Assembly: GCA_965219085.1 (NCBI GenBank)
Contig: OZ244720.1
Coordinates: 320,001 to 384,000 of the forward strand
Origin: Dehalococcoidia bacterium
GTDB lineage: Bacteria; Chloroflexota; Dehalococcoidia; UBA2979
DNA length: 64,000 nt
Direction: 5' to 3'
The translations under genes were made by a program, and so were the position numbers. Of the stretch, positions 40,636 through 52,679 are shown in pieces; position 1 is the first letter of the stretch, and every line of letters begins with the position of its first letter. The notes under the pieces are model-generated. The model saw nothing but the letters and a program-made list of their open reading frames with translations, ran no database searches and was not told where the DNA came from.

Positions 40636-43600
40636 CTCGTCCGGCCCTCGTATGCCCGTTCCACGGGAAGAGCGTGATGGGCGGGAGCGCCGAACGTAAT
40701 CCCATGAAAGGGGGTTTCATCGGTGATACCTGCGGCCTGCGCTCGCCCGTCGTACTGCCTCTCGCCTCCCGCAAATCGGTGCTGTTGACGGCGATCGAGT
40801 GTGCGGCGGCGAACTCCCCGGCGGAATGCCCCATAGGGGAGGGCGCGCGTGGCAATATCGTCGGACCCGGCTTCGGGCTGCCCCGACGGGTGTCATGGGC
40901 GTGTACAGGGAAAAGACGTGAGTTCCGAGACACGGAAGTCCTCGAAGACGCAGGCAGGTCAAGGGGAAACGCGCCTACAGGACGTGCGGACGAACAAATT
41001 CGGTGGAAGGCCGTATTCCACCGCAAAACGCTGAAAGTTCCGTCGGAGGGAAGTCAAAAGCGGGCCGTAGATGTGCCAGGACGCCGGGTGAACGACGCCT
41101 GGGAGTCCGCACAGCGCCGTGAGGCGAGCTGTGCGCCGCGCTGCGGTCGCGCCCCGGTTTTGGCGCTCTGTCTGCTCACGCTCGGGCTGGGGGCGCTGGC
41201 GGGCTGCGAGTACGGCGATACCGATACCGCTAGGGTCTCGTCGCGAACGAAGGCGCCGGCGGCTGGCCACCGCGGCCGCACACCCCGGCAGGCCCGGTGC
41301 GATTTGCGGGATCAATCCGATGCGGGACCAAGCGCCTACCGTCGCGGTCAGTTGGCCGCGGCCGGTCCCTCGCTCCTGACAACCAGCGGCGTGAGGGCGG
41401 GCAGGCCGTCGGGGAACAGCTCAACGAAGCTCTCGTTCGCGAACTCCGGCGCCCCGGGGAGGTAGGACACCCACTCGCCGCCGACAAGGACATAGACGGC
41501 CGTGACGTGGCGGCTCTCCGCGCAGGCTACGAGATCCTCAACGCTGCCGCCCTCGAAGACGACGAGGCTGAAGCCGGGGGCGATCTCGCCGCGCAGGCAC
41601 TGCGGCCACGGCTGCCCGGCGGCTTCAAGGTCGCCGCCGAAGGGGTCCGCCGAGGGCGGTCCGTTGCTTGCGGCGAGCAGCGGCGTGATGGAGGGCAGGC
41701 CATCGGCGAACAGCTCGCGGAACGGCTCGTTCACGAAGTCAGGCGCGACGAGGAGGTAGGAGACGTAGACGCCCTCGTGCAGGGCGTAGAAGGCCACGAC
41801 GTCCCGGCGCTCCGCGCAGGCGGAGAGGTCGTCGACGCTGCCGCCCGCGAAGACGACGAGGCTGAAGCCCTCGGAGACGGCGCCGCGCAGGCAGTGTGGC
41901 CAGGGATCGCGGGCCGGGTCCCAGCCCGTCTCGGGGAAGCGCACGCGGTAGGTCTTCGTGCGGCTGTCGTCGGCCGAGGTGACGGTGACGGTGATCGCCT
42001 CGACTCCCTCGAGCGCCACCTGGTGGCCGTTCGCCTCGTTGTCGTCGGCGTCGGGCGGCTCGATGACGACGGTGGTGCGGCGCTGCATGGCCTCGGCCTC
42101 GACCGTCGTCGCCGTCACGCCCTCGTCGGCGACGCCGTCGTACTCCTCGCGGCCAGGCAGGAACTCGCCGATGTCGACGCCGCTCACCGTGAGCGACGCC
42201 AGCCGCGCGTCGATGGCGTCGGGCATGTTGTAGCTGTAGACCTTGTCGTCGCTCGCGTCCGCCACGTACATCACGTCACCGTCGGACCGGATGCCGCGCG
42301 GGCTGTTGTTGCTCGCCTTCGACAGCTCCGTGAACTCCTCGTCGCGGACGCGCTCAAGCTCCTTCCCGTCCGCATCGGCGTCCTCCACGTCCGAGTCCTC
42401 CGCTTCCTCCGGGAGGAGGGGCAGCCGGTAGGCGAAGAGGCGCTTGGCGCCGTCGTCGGAGACCCAGATCGTGACGCCGTCCGACCAGAGGCCGCGGGGG
42501 TCGCCGTTGGCGCTGTCGAGGGCGCACTCGGCGAGCAGCTCGCCGCTGGCGAGGTCGTAGGCGAAGAGGGCGTCGTCGCGGCCATCCAGCACCCACATCG
42601 TCTCGCCGTCGGACCAGATGCCGCGTGGGTCGTCGTTGTCGGGGTGCAGTGCGAAGTCCTCTGCGGCCAGGCGCTCGCCTGTGGCGAGGTCGTGGGCGAA
42701 GAGCTTGTCGCGGCCGCTGTCGGAGACCCAGATCACCGTGCCGTCCGACCAGAGGCCGCGCGGCGCGCGGTTGCGCTCGTCGAGCGCGAACTCGCGCTCC
42801 TCGACGCGTTCGCCCGTCTCGAGGTCGTAGGCGTAGACGCCGTCGCCGGCGCCGTCGGGGTTGTTGGCCACCCACAGCGTCTCGCCGTCGGACCAGACGC
42901 CGGTGGCGGCCGCGTTGGCGGCGGCGAGCGCCTCGATGTCGTGCTTCACGGTCCACTCGAAGTCGAGCTCGCTGGGCGAGGGACCGTAGGGCCCGCCGCC
43001 GCCGCCCGTGGGGCCGGGGCCGCCGGTGGGGCCGGCCGTGACGGTGATGGTCACCGCGACGTTCGCCGTGGCTCCGTTTTGGTCTTCGGCAGTGACAGTG
43101 ACCTCGTACGTGTCCTTCGACGCGATCTCGAAAGTGACGCCATCGCCAACCGTGATCTGACCGCTGTACAGATCGATGTCGAAGAAGGGCGCCTCACTCC
43201 CGAAGAGGCTGTACGTGAGCGTGTCACTGTCGTCGGCGTCGGTGGCCGTGACGGGAGCGCCGACCGTATCTCCTTCCCCGGCGCTAGCGGAGACGGAACG
43301 CTCGGCGGTGGCTGCCGGAAACTCGGGCCGGTCGTTCACCGGCCGGACGGTGACATTAACCGTGGCGGCGGCGGAGTAGAGGGCGCCATCGAACACCCGG
43401 TAGGTGAAGCTGTCCGCCCCGTGGTAGTCGGCGTTGGGCGTGTAGGTGATGGCGTTCGTCGCAGCATTGACCTCCGCGACGCCGTTGGCCGGCGGCGTGC
43501 GCACCGAGACGGTCAGGGTGTTGTTGGGATCGTCCTCGTCGGGGTCGTCGTCGTTCGCGATGACGTCGACGGTCAGCTCCATGTCCTCGTCGGTCGTACC

Positions 43601-44496
43601 CGAATCGTCCACAGCCTCCGGAGCCTCGTTCACGTCCGTGACGCTGATGCTGACGAAGATGATGGCCGATGCATTGGAGGGATCGGTGGCGGTCACCGTG
43701 ACGAAGTACACGGTTCCCGCCTCGTGATTGAGTGCCGCGCCCCGCGCGACCCGGATCTGGCCATCGTCGTCGATCGTGAAGGGGTCCGCAGCGAGCGCGT
43801 AGGTCAGCGTGTCGTCGTTGGCATCGGTGGCGCTGACCGGGTCGCCGACAGGCGTTCCCTCGGCCGCGTTCTCGGCGATGGAGCGCTCCGCCGTGGAGCC
43901 GGGGAACTCCGGTGGGTAGTTCACCGGGGGCGGCTCCTCGACGCGGTCGTCCGCCCTCTTCTGGATGCGCTTGTCTGGGCCGTGGCCGTCGGTGTAGTCG
44001 ACCGTCACCCGCAGGTAGTGGTTCAGGTCGGCATCGACCGGCGTGTAGCGCTCGCTCGCGCCGCCGCCGATCTCGCTCCAGGTGCAGGGTGGCCGTGAGG
44101 ACGGTCCCCACCAGCGGCTGCTCAGAGGAGAGGCCGAGCGTGCCCGGCTCCTCCTCGTTCGTGACGGTCACCATCACGTCGTGCGTCTCCATGTTCGAGC
44201 CGTCGGAGGCGCGCAGCCTCACCGAGTACTCGTTGTTGCGCCCTACGTCCGTCGGGGACTCGTAGTCCGGCGCCGCCTTGAACGCGAGCCTGCCGTTCGA
44301 GGAGGTGAACTCGAACCTGTCGCCGTCGCTCCCGCCGAGCGGTTGCCAGGCGATGGTGTCGCCCTCCGGGTCGCTGGCCCGGTACGTCCCGACGAGGAGC
44401 GAACCCTCCTCCTTGATGCCGGGAGTCGCGTCGCCGTTGATGGTGGGCGGCTCGTTGACGGGTCTGACCGTTACGGTGATGTCGATGCTGCCCCTA

Positions 44497-45678
44497 GGGA
44501 TGGTCTGAACAACTCGCCTGAGCGGGTGAGCAGATGCGATCATGGGGCGACCCGGAGAGGGGCGCCCCATGCAGCAGCGTTCGTTCGGCAGCGTCGAGTA
44601 CGAGCACAAGAAGGTCAAGACGAGGCGGCAGGCGTTCCTCGAGCGCATGGACAGGCTCGTCCCCTGGGCTGAGCTGGAGCAGCGCATCGCGCCCGTCTAC
44701 CCGAAGCCGGGCCGCGGGCGCCGCCCCTACCCGCTGCGCGTGATGCTGCGCATCCACTGCCTCCAACTCTGGTTCAACCTCAGCGACCCTGGCATGGAGC
44801 AGGAACTCTACGACTCCCGTTCGATGCTCGAGTTCGCCGGTCTCAGCCTCTCCGAGCCGATTCCCGATGAGACGACGATCCTCAACTTCCGCCATCTGCT
44901 GGAGCGTCATCAGCTGGGAACGGCGCTGTTCGCGACGATCAACGCGCACCTCGCACGGCAGGGGCTGCAGGTGCGCGAGGGCACGATCGTGGACTCCACG
45001 ATCATCAGCGCGCCGTCATCGACGAAGAACCGCGAGCGTGCGCGCGACCCCGAGATGCACCAGACCAGAAAGGGCCGGCAGTGGTACTTCGGGATGAAGC
45101 TGCACACCGGCACGGATGCGCGGACGGGACTGGTCCACAGCGTGAGCACGACGGCGGCGAACGTCTCCGACGTGACCGAGGCGCATCACCTCTTGCACGG
45201 CGGCGAGACGGAGGCGTGGGGCGACGCCGGCTACCAGGGAGTGGAGAAGCGCCCGGAGCACGCGGGGTCGGAGGTGAGCTGGCAGGTGGCGCTGCGTCCG
45301 GGTCTCAGGCGGCAGCTGGCGCCGGGGGGCGCTGAGGCGCAGGCGGAGCGGCGCAAGGCCTCGGTGCGAGCGAAGGTTGAGCATCCGTTTCTCTACGTGA
45401 AGCGGCACTTCGGGTACGCGAAGGTCCGCTACCGGGGTCTTGAGAAGAACCGCGAGCGTCTCACGCTGCTGCTCGGTTTCACGAACCTGTTGCGAGCCGA
45501 GCCTCAGCTCGCGTGATCGCGGGAGCCGTGCGTCCCGAATCGCCCGCCGGAGCGCTTCCGGAGCGACATGGAGGCGAGACCACCCATGGACCGCGGTATC
45601 GGCCCCCGCAGCGCAGCGCAGCGCAGTACGCCGATCGACCCGCACCGCGCCCGATACGCCACCTGTTCAGACCATCCC
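44497..45678 (+). mobile_element. IS5-family insertion sequence
   Basis: Perfect 15-bp TIRs GGGATGGTCTGAACA / TGTTCAGACCATCCC; TA duplicated; excision restores the AGLRGS frame of E2. Confidence 0.95.
44569..45516 (+). CDS. IS5-family transposase
   Basis: GRRPYPL, LSDPGME, PDETTILNFR, VDSTII, WYFGMKLH, GDAGYQG, RAKVEHPF. Confidence 0.95.
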   Translation: MQQRSFGSVEYEHKKVKTRRQAFLERMDRLVPWAELEQRIAPVYPKPGRGRRPYPLRVMLRIHCLQLWFNLSDPGMEQELYDSRSMLEFAGLSLSEPIPDETTILNFRHLLERHQLGTALFATINAHLARQGLQVREGTIVDSTIISAPSSTKNRERARDPEMHQTRKGRQWYFGMKLHTGTDARTGLVHSVSTTAANVSDVTEAHHLLHGGETEAWGDAGYQGVEKRPEHAGSEVSWQVALRPGLRRQLAPGGAEAQAERRKASVRAKVEHPFLYVKRHFGYAKVRYRGLEKNRERLTLLLGFTNLLRAEPQLA

Positions 45679-48600
45679 TAAGGCCCGCGCTGTCCTCGGC
45701 GCGCACCGTGATGTCGTAGACGTTGTCCCGCCCGGAGTCGGCCGGGTTGTCGGCGTCGGGGATGTTCTTGAACGCAAGCACGCCGGCCTCGCCGAGGTTG
45801 AAGTCGCCCGCGTCGGTTCCCGCCAGCGACCAGGTGTAGGTGAGGCCCGGCTCGTTCTCGGGGTCGCGTGCGCTGAAGGCGGCAAGCGTTCCGTCGTAGT
45901 TCTCGTCGACCGCGATGTCGTCCGCGGGGGTGATCTCCGGCGGTTCGTTGACGTCGCTGACCGTGACGGTCACGTCGAGGCGCCCGCTGAGGCTACCGTC
46001 GGACGCTTCGACGGTGACCTCGTAGTCGTTGTTTCCGTCCGAGTCGGCCCGCGCATCGTAGTCGGGGGGCTGGTCGAAGCTGAGCACGCCGCCGGAGATG
46101 GAGAAGTGACTCCGGTCGTCTCCCGAGAGTGACCACTCGACCGGCGCCTCCTCCGGATCGCTGGCGCGGTAGGTGGCCACGGAGGTCGTTGCGTTCTCCC
46201 GATAGTCCCTGGCCTCCGGCCCCGCGATGGCCGGCGGTTCGTCGAGGTCGGTGACGTGAATCTGCACGGTCGTGACGACCGGGCCGTCGGTGTCCGTGGC
46301 GGTGACGGTCACGCTGTGGCTGCCCTGTTCCTCGTGGTTGAAGGTTGCGCCCGCCTTCGTGCTCAGCTGGCCCGTCGCCTCGTCGAGGTCGAACGAGGCG
46401 GCGTCGGCGCCGCCGAGCGTGTAGCCGACCGCGCCATCGCTCGCCACGGGCGCGACCGGCGGCCCCAGGTCCACGACCCCGGCCGTGTTCTCGACGAGAC
46501 TGCGCGTGGTCTCGACCGACTGGAGCGTGAAGGTGAGGCCGGCGATCCGCTCGGTGGTGAACTTGCCCGTGCCGCGGATGCTCGTGATGACACCGCGCGT
46601 GGTGTCGACGCTGGGTTCGAGCGAGAAGTCGTCGCCCTCCTCGGTGCCGGCATCCCAGGGATAGAGCGGCAGCTCGTGCGAGCGCAGCCAGAGACCGGAG
46701 GCGTTGAGCAGCGGCAGACCGGAGACGCCGACGAACCAGTCGTGGCTGGGCGCGATCATGGTCGTCAGCGTGACCCGCGGGTGCGAGCCGGCGAGTTCGG
46801 CGGTCAGCGTCTTCGCGGTCGTCGGCCCGATGTTGTCGGTGTCGCCAACCAGGACCCCGAGCGCGTTCGCGCCGGCGTTCTGGACCTCGTCTCGCAGGCC
46901 CGTCCAGCCCCCGACCTCCGCCATCGACTCGACACCCGCACTGGCCCTCCCGCCGCTCTCGAGGAAGCTCACGCCGGCGTTGTGGACGCCGCCGATCAGG
47001 CGCGAGAAGTGCGCGCCCGAGGGCAGGCCCGCGGGCGTCACGGCGGTCCTCCAGTCACCCTGGAAGCGGATGCTGTAGGTCGCCGTGGAGGCGAACGGGG
47101 CGGACGGATCGCTTACCGCCGGCGTGAGCGACAGGTCTTCTTTGGTGCGCGTCACCGTGACGCGGTAGGTCCGCGTCGTGGTGCCGTCCTCGGCCGTCAC
47201 CCGTACCCGGATCACGTTCTCCCCGACCGACAGGTCGGCCTGGAAGCCGTTTGCGCTATCGGCGTCGGCGTCGCTGAGTGACATGCCGTTACCGTCGAGG
47301 TACGCGACTGTGGCGTCGCCGTCGCTCCGCGCCGCCTCGACCGTGACCCGCCGCACCGTGTACCCCACGGCCGCCGCGTACTCGGTCGTCTCGCTCGCGA
47401 ACGCGGGCGCCAGCCGCACCCCGGGCAGCTGCAGGCCGCTGAGCGTGGCATCCTCCGAGGGGAGGGTCTGGCCGGTGCCGCTGGCCGACCAGAGGCCCGC
47501 GCCGACCGTGTTCAGCGCCCGCACCTGCACGTCGTAGCCGGCGCCGTCCTCGAGGCCGGTGATGGTTGCGCGGAGGGTGTCGCCGGGGGTCCATGCGACC
47601 GGGGCGGGAGACCACCGGGCGGCGCTCTTGTCCGCGGCGTCGCTGCGGATGTACTGCATGGCATAGGAGCTGATGGCCGCGCCGACGCCGCCGGCGGGCG
47701 CGCTCCACGCGACCGTGAGACTGCGCCGGCCCCCGCTCACCGTCTCGACCGCCGGCGCCCCCGGCACCGTGCGCGGGGTTCCCTCGGATATCGCCGACCA
47801 GTCGCCCGCCCCGACCCGGTTGACCGCCCGCACCTGCACGTCGTAGGAGACGCCGTTGCTCAGTCCCGTGAGCCTGTGTTCGAGCGCGCCTGACGTCCAC
47901 GCGCCGGCGGAGGGAGTCCAGTTGGCGTCCACGGTCTCGTCGGCGCTGGTCGCGATCGAGCGCACGTCGTAGGAGGTGATCGCCGCCCCGCCGTCGTGGG
48001 CCGGCGCTGTCCAGTTCAGCTTGAGCGCGGCGTTGCCGGGTTCGACCTGCGTAATCGCGGGCGCCTCCGGCGCGACCGCCTCGGTCGCCGCCTCCAGGCT
48101 CTCCGACCAGGGACCGGGGCCGGCCTCATTGACCGCCCGCAGCTGCAGTTCGTAGCGCCCGCCCGCGACCAACCCCTCGAGCTGATACGACAACGATAAC
48201 GATCCCGAGGACCAGACGCCGCTCCGCTCCGTCCACCCGCCGCCCTCCGCCTGGCCCGCCGCGTCGCTGCGCCGGTAGCGCAGGTCGTAGGAGCTGACGG
48301 CCGTTGCGCCGGTGTCGGTCGGCGCCTCCCAGACGACGAGGATCGCACGGTCGCGGGCCGCGACCGCGCGCAGCTCGGCGAAGCCCGGGTTGTAGCCGTG
48401 GCCGTAGGCGGTCAGCTTCCAGGAATGGAGTGTTGCGGGACCAACGACTCCCTCGTTGACGATTTCCAGGGTCCATTCGCCGGCCGCGTTCTCGCCCAGG
48501 TGCTTGGCCGAACCGAAGCGCGGCGTCGCCTTCACCCAGGGCTCGATCTCACCTCTGATGGTGAGCGGAAAGACGAGGGTGGATGTCTCCCCGCTGGGAG

Positions 48601-51231
48601 AGGTCAGCTTGATCCGCAGATGCCGGTAGTAGAGGTGGCTGATTTCGAGTTCGACGGCGACGAACTCGACGAAGTCCACATGGGGATCGAGCGTGATGCT
48701 GCTGCTACCGGTCTCGCCGCTGCCAAACACGATCTGCTCGTTGGAGGTCGCGCTGAGTTCGCGCCAGGCGGGCGGGCTGGTCCAGTCGTCGGCCAGCGCC
48801 ATCGCCGCCCCGGCGTCGACCACGCCGAAGCCGTAACTGTGGCTGAACCAGTAACGCTCGTCGGTCGAGCCGTACTTCAGCGCGCCCTCTTCCCAGTGGC
48901 TGTGTCCAGGGTCGTTGCGGCGCGCCGAGCCGGCCAGGATCAGCTTCAGATCGCGCCAGCTCAGCTCGCGATGGGCGGCGCGCAGCAGCGCCGCCACCCC
49001 GGCGACAATCGGCGCCGTGGCCGAGGTCCCGCCGAAGATATGTGTGTAGCGATTGGAGTTGTCAGTCGTGGTGATTCGCGGGAGAAAGCTGAAACCGCCG
49101 GGCGAGGACGGAGCGCAGACCCAGAGGTTGGCGCCCAGCTCCGAGTAGCCCGACCGCGCGTCTAGGTAATCGACGGCGCAGGCCGCCGTGATCCCGTAGT
49201 GATTCGCCTTTGAGTCATAGTTGGCGGTGTCGCCAAAAGCGGAGCCGTTGCCGGCGGCCCAGACGTAGAAAACGCCCTTGCCGCCGTAGCCTTCGTGCAC
49301 CCCGCGCTCGACCGCCATCTCCCAGGGCCTCCCCGCGTAGTGGTACTGGCCATTGTCCTCGAAACCGTAACTGTGGTTCGAGACCGCGACCTCCGCCATC
49401 TGGTGCACCAGCGCGTCGATCCGATCCGCCCCTGTGCCCAGCAGCGCGCGATAGCTGTAGAGCGTCGCTCTGGGCGCGATTCCGCGAACGCCGAGGGCGT
49501 TGTCGCGGGCGCCGATCACGCCGCCCACATACGTGGAATGCCAGTCGGTCCTGCTATCCCAGGGCACCTCCGGCGTGTAGTCGTGACTGCCCTCCAGGCT
49601 GATGTTTGCGCTCAGGTCTTCGTGATCGAGGTCCAGCCCATCGTCGACCACGGCCACGTTGACGCCCGCGCCCTTGTTGGTCGCCCAGATCTCCTCGACA
49701 TTGATGTCCTGCCCCGCTCCACGGCCGTACTGCCCGGTGTTGTTGAGGTACCACTGGCAGCCGTACAGGGGGTCGCTCTGTGAGGAGCCGCGGGACAGGC
49801 AGTCCCGCTCCATTTCTCTCGTCTCCGGATCGAGCTGGGCCGCGAGCGTGTACGCTTCTGTCCGATCGCCGCTCATCGTCACGCGCAGGTGGTAGACGCC
49901 CGCGCCCAGGCGGATCATGCTCGCGACGCTGGATGGGCCCAGTGCATATAAGCCGCAGCCTATCCCCCGCGTGACGCTGATCCCGACGGGGTTCCCGTCC
50001 GCGTCGGACAGCGCCATGTTGAGCCGGAACCGCTCGCGGTCGAATTTGAGGGCGCATAGCGTCACTTCGCCAGGCGTGGGCACGCTGAGGCTGAAGTAGT
50101 CTTCGTCGCCGGCCGGTTCGATCCGGCCGGCTGCCGGCAGGTCGAACCTGAGTGGGGTGGCGGCAGCGATCGAGTCGCCGGGATCGCCCGCCGCCGCCGT
50201 GTAGAGGATGTAGGGCCCCTCCTCTCGGGCAGCGAAGCCCTCGACCCGGATGTAATAGGTACCCGCATCAACTTGTGCGCGAAGGTTGAACCCGAGGTAG
50301 TTCCCGGGCAGCGAGCCGTCGTCTGAATCGGCGATCGGTTCGTCGTCGGCGTCATATAGCCCGCCCACCGTATCGGTCGCGCCGATCGACATCACCCAGA
50401 GGTCGGTGGCTTCGGTCAGCACAATCCTGAATCGGTCGACCCAACCGTTCCGGACCAGGCGAGCAGGCGTCAGCGAGCCCAGCTCGACCCTCTTCGAGGT
50501 GCTGCTGCCCACGGCCTGCACCGCGGCGGCGTGCAGCCGGTAGTCGACCGGCGCTGCGCCCTGTTGGCCGCGAACGATCACGTAGTAGGTTCCGGCGTCA
50601 ACTACCTCGCGCAAAGAGAAGTTGCGCGGATTGGGCGGCAGCTGGCCGTCGCCATTCGAATGCAACACCGTGCCGCCTCGGGTCAGTTCGCCCGCGGTAT
50701 CTGCCTCGCCCGTCGTATAGAGCCACAGATCGGTCTGCTCTTGGAGTACGATCCTGAAGCGATCCTCGTCGCCGCCGGTGTCGATCCGTCCCGGGAGTGA
50801 CCTACCCAGCGCCAGCTTCGTGGCCGTCGCGTCGGTGCCGCCGTGGTCGCTGGTCGACGCCGATGTCGTGGCCGACCACTCGCCGGGACCGACGCTGTTG
50901 ACGGCCCGCAGCCGCACGTCGTAGGCGACCCCGTCCAGCAGCTCCGCGAGCGTGTAGCTGAGTTCGCCATCGCTCCAGACGCGCGTCACGAGTGTCCACT
51001 TGTCATCGGCCTTGTCCGTCGCGGCGCTCTCGATGTAGTGCAGGTCGTAGAACGTGATCGGTGAGTCGCCGTCACTCGCCGGCACGGTCCAGCCGACGCT
51101 GAGCGAGTTCGTCGTGGCCGTCAGCATGATCCCGGTCGGCGCCGCCGGCACGGCCTGGGCGCGCGCCTCATTGGCCGCCACCCAAGCCACCAGCGCGCAG
51201 GCAATGATGACCGCGACCGCGACCCAAGCTC

Positions 51232-52377
51232 TCATCGCAGCGTGATCTGCGATCGCCAGTTGGGACTGGCGATCAGCACGCCGTCCTGCTCGGCCAGCGC
51301 GTTGGCCAGCTCCAGCGAGGCCCAGCCGGGCTCGGTCGCAACCAGGAAGGCGTTGTCGGCGAAGGCCTGCGCCGTGACGCGGTCCGGCTTGATCGCGTTG
51401 ACCGAAAAGAAGCGGTTGATCCGGGTCTCGTCCCAACCCGGATCGAGCACCAGCAGCACACCGCCGGGCAGCGTCACGAGCGATCCGCCTTCATTTCGGA
51501 AGACCGGCGGCCCGCCCTCGGCGTGCCGCGCGCGGCGCTCGACGATGCTCTCGCGCCCGTCGTCGTGCAGGACCACATCGTCCTTGGCGTTCGCGCTGCT
51601 GCGCTGCAGGACGAGGTGGGGCTGCAGCCGGGCGCGCCTCGTGCGGTCGCCGTCCCGCCAGGTGTAGGGCACGCCCGCGTCAGCGTCCGTCGGCGCCGGC
51701 TTGGAGACGGTTGTCGCGTTCCCGGCCGGATCGGCGGGCGCCTGCCGGGCGCCCCCGCTCGGCGCGCGGGCCCCGCTGGGCGCGGCGGGCCGCTCCGTGC
51801 CTGCGGAGGACGCAGGCGTGCCCGAGGCGTCGGCCTCCGGGGACGGAGTGGTGGCGCTCGCCGTAGCTGGAGCAGGGGTGGTCGCCGCGGCTGGCGTAGG
51901 GGCGGTCGGCGTGGTGGCGGTTGCCGTGGCCGGACTGGTGGCGGTTGCCGCGGCTGGCGTGGTGGCGGTTGCCGCAGCTGGCGTGGTGGCGGTCGCCGTG
52001 GCCGGACTGGTGGCGGTTGCCGCGGCCGGACTGGTGGCGGTCGCCGTGACGGGAGCGGTGGTGGTCGCCGGCTGTGAGCGCGCCCCGACCGCGGCCTGCG
52101 TCGCGATTACGGCGGGGCTGGCGGTCTCCGCGGTCGCGGGGCTGCCCGCATGGGGCTCGCGCACTCCGCCGTCTCCACAGGCGAGGAGGACCGCTGCCCA
52201 CACGGCCAGCAGCACAAGCGCCGACCCGCCGGCCCCCGGGGCAGGCCAGCGCCACGCTGGCGGAAGACGGCGTGGGATCGGCGGCCGACGCCGTGCCGCG
52301 CGCCGTATGCCCACCGCCGGCACAGCGTCACCCGCCTGGCGGACGCCCCCTCCGAGAAGTGCTCGCATCCCGTGCAT
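51232..52377 (-). CDS. Lipoprotein E1 with Thr/Ala/Pro-rich linker and C-terminal propeptide/chaperone-like domain (start codon uncertain)
   Basis: Lipobox VLLA/C; low-complexity linker; C-terminus PVFR..GSLVTLPGGVLLVLD..W...SLELANALAEQDGVLIASPNW homologous to D1. Confidence 0.8.
   Translation of the reverse strand: MHGMRALLGGGVRQAGDAVPAVGIRRAARRRPPIPRRLPPAWRWPAPGAGGSALVLLAVWAAVLLACGDGGVREPHAGSPATAETASPAVIATQAAVGARSQPATTTAPVTATATSPAAATATSPATATATTPAAATATTPAAATATSPATATATTPTAPTPAAATTPAPATASATTPSPEADASGTPASSAGTERPAAPSGARAPSGGARQAPADPAGNATTVSKPAPTDADAGVPYTWRDGDRTRRARLQPHLVLQRSSANAKDDVVLHDDGRESIVERRARHAEGGPPVFRNEGGSLVTLPGGVLLVLDPGWDETRINRFFSVNAIKPDRVTAQAFADNAFLVATEPGWASLELANALAEQDGVLIASPNWRSQITLR
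51912..52050. repeat. ~6 x 24-bp tandem repeat encoding ATAT(S/T)PA(A/T)
   Basis: Units such as GGTGGCGGTTGCCGTGGCCGGACT. Confidence 0.8.
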
Positions 52378-52679
52378 CGGCCATAGGGAGCGCGGGGCGC
52401 GGGGAGGGTGTCAATGGGATAAGGGGGCTTGGTCAACAGCGCCGAACACGAGCGTGGAGGCGACCGTCCGTGGCGGCTCCCGCCGCGCTCCGGGCGTCGT
52501 GACGCGCGCGCTCACCGACGGTGCATGCACTGTCGGCGTCCAGCGATCATGTCACCTCAACTCCTCAGCGAATGTCTCACTCGAGGCGGAGGTCTCGACC
52601 CGGGACGATGTAGCGGAGGGCGTCGCGGAGGCGGGGCATCGGCGAGGACGTACCTCCGGAACGGTGTGGCGGGAGATGC

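Larger units (their letters stand above)
41348..51235 (-). pseudogene. Giant protease-adhesin E2 (~2900 aa, same layout as D2), interrupted by IS5 and an internal deletion/frameshift near 44080
   Basis: Probable true start ATG 51235 (MRAWVAVAVIIACALVAWVAANEARA/Q) overlapping the upstream stop (ATGA); VVDDG, WHST, AAGNG, GGTSATAP; Spondin_N at ~46520-47080; shared C-terminal module at 41348-42985. Confidence 0.88.

Noticed and set aside
51236-51436. N-terminal extension of ORF 45479-51436
   Set aside because: It overlaps the upstream gene; the signal peptide begins at ATG 51235.
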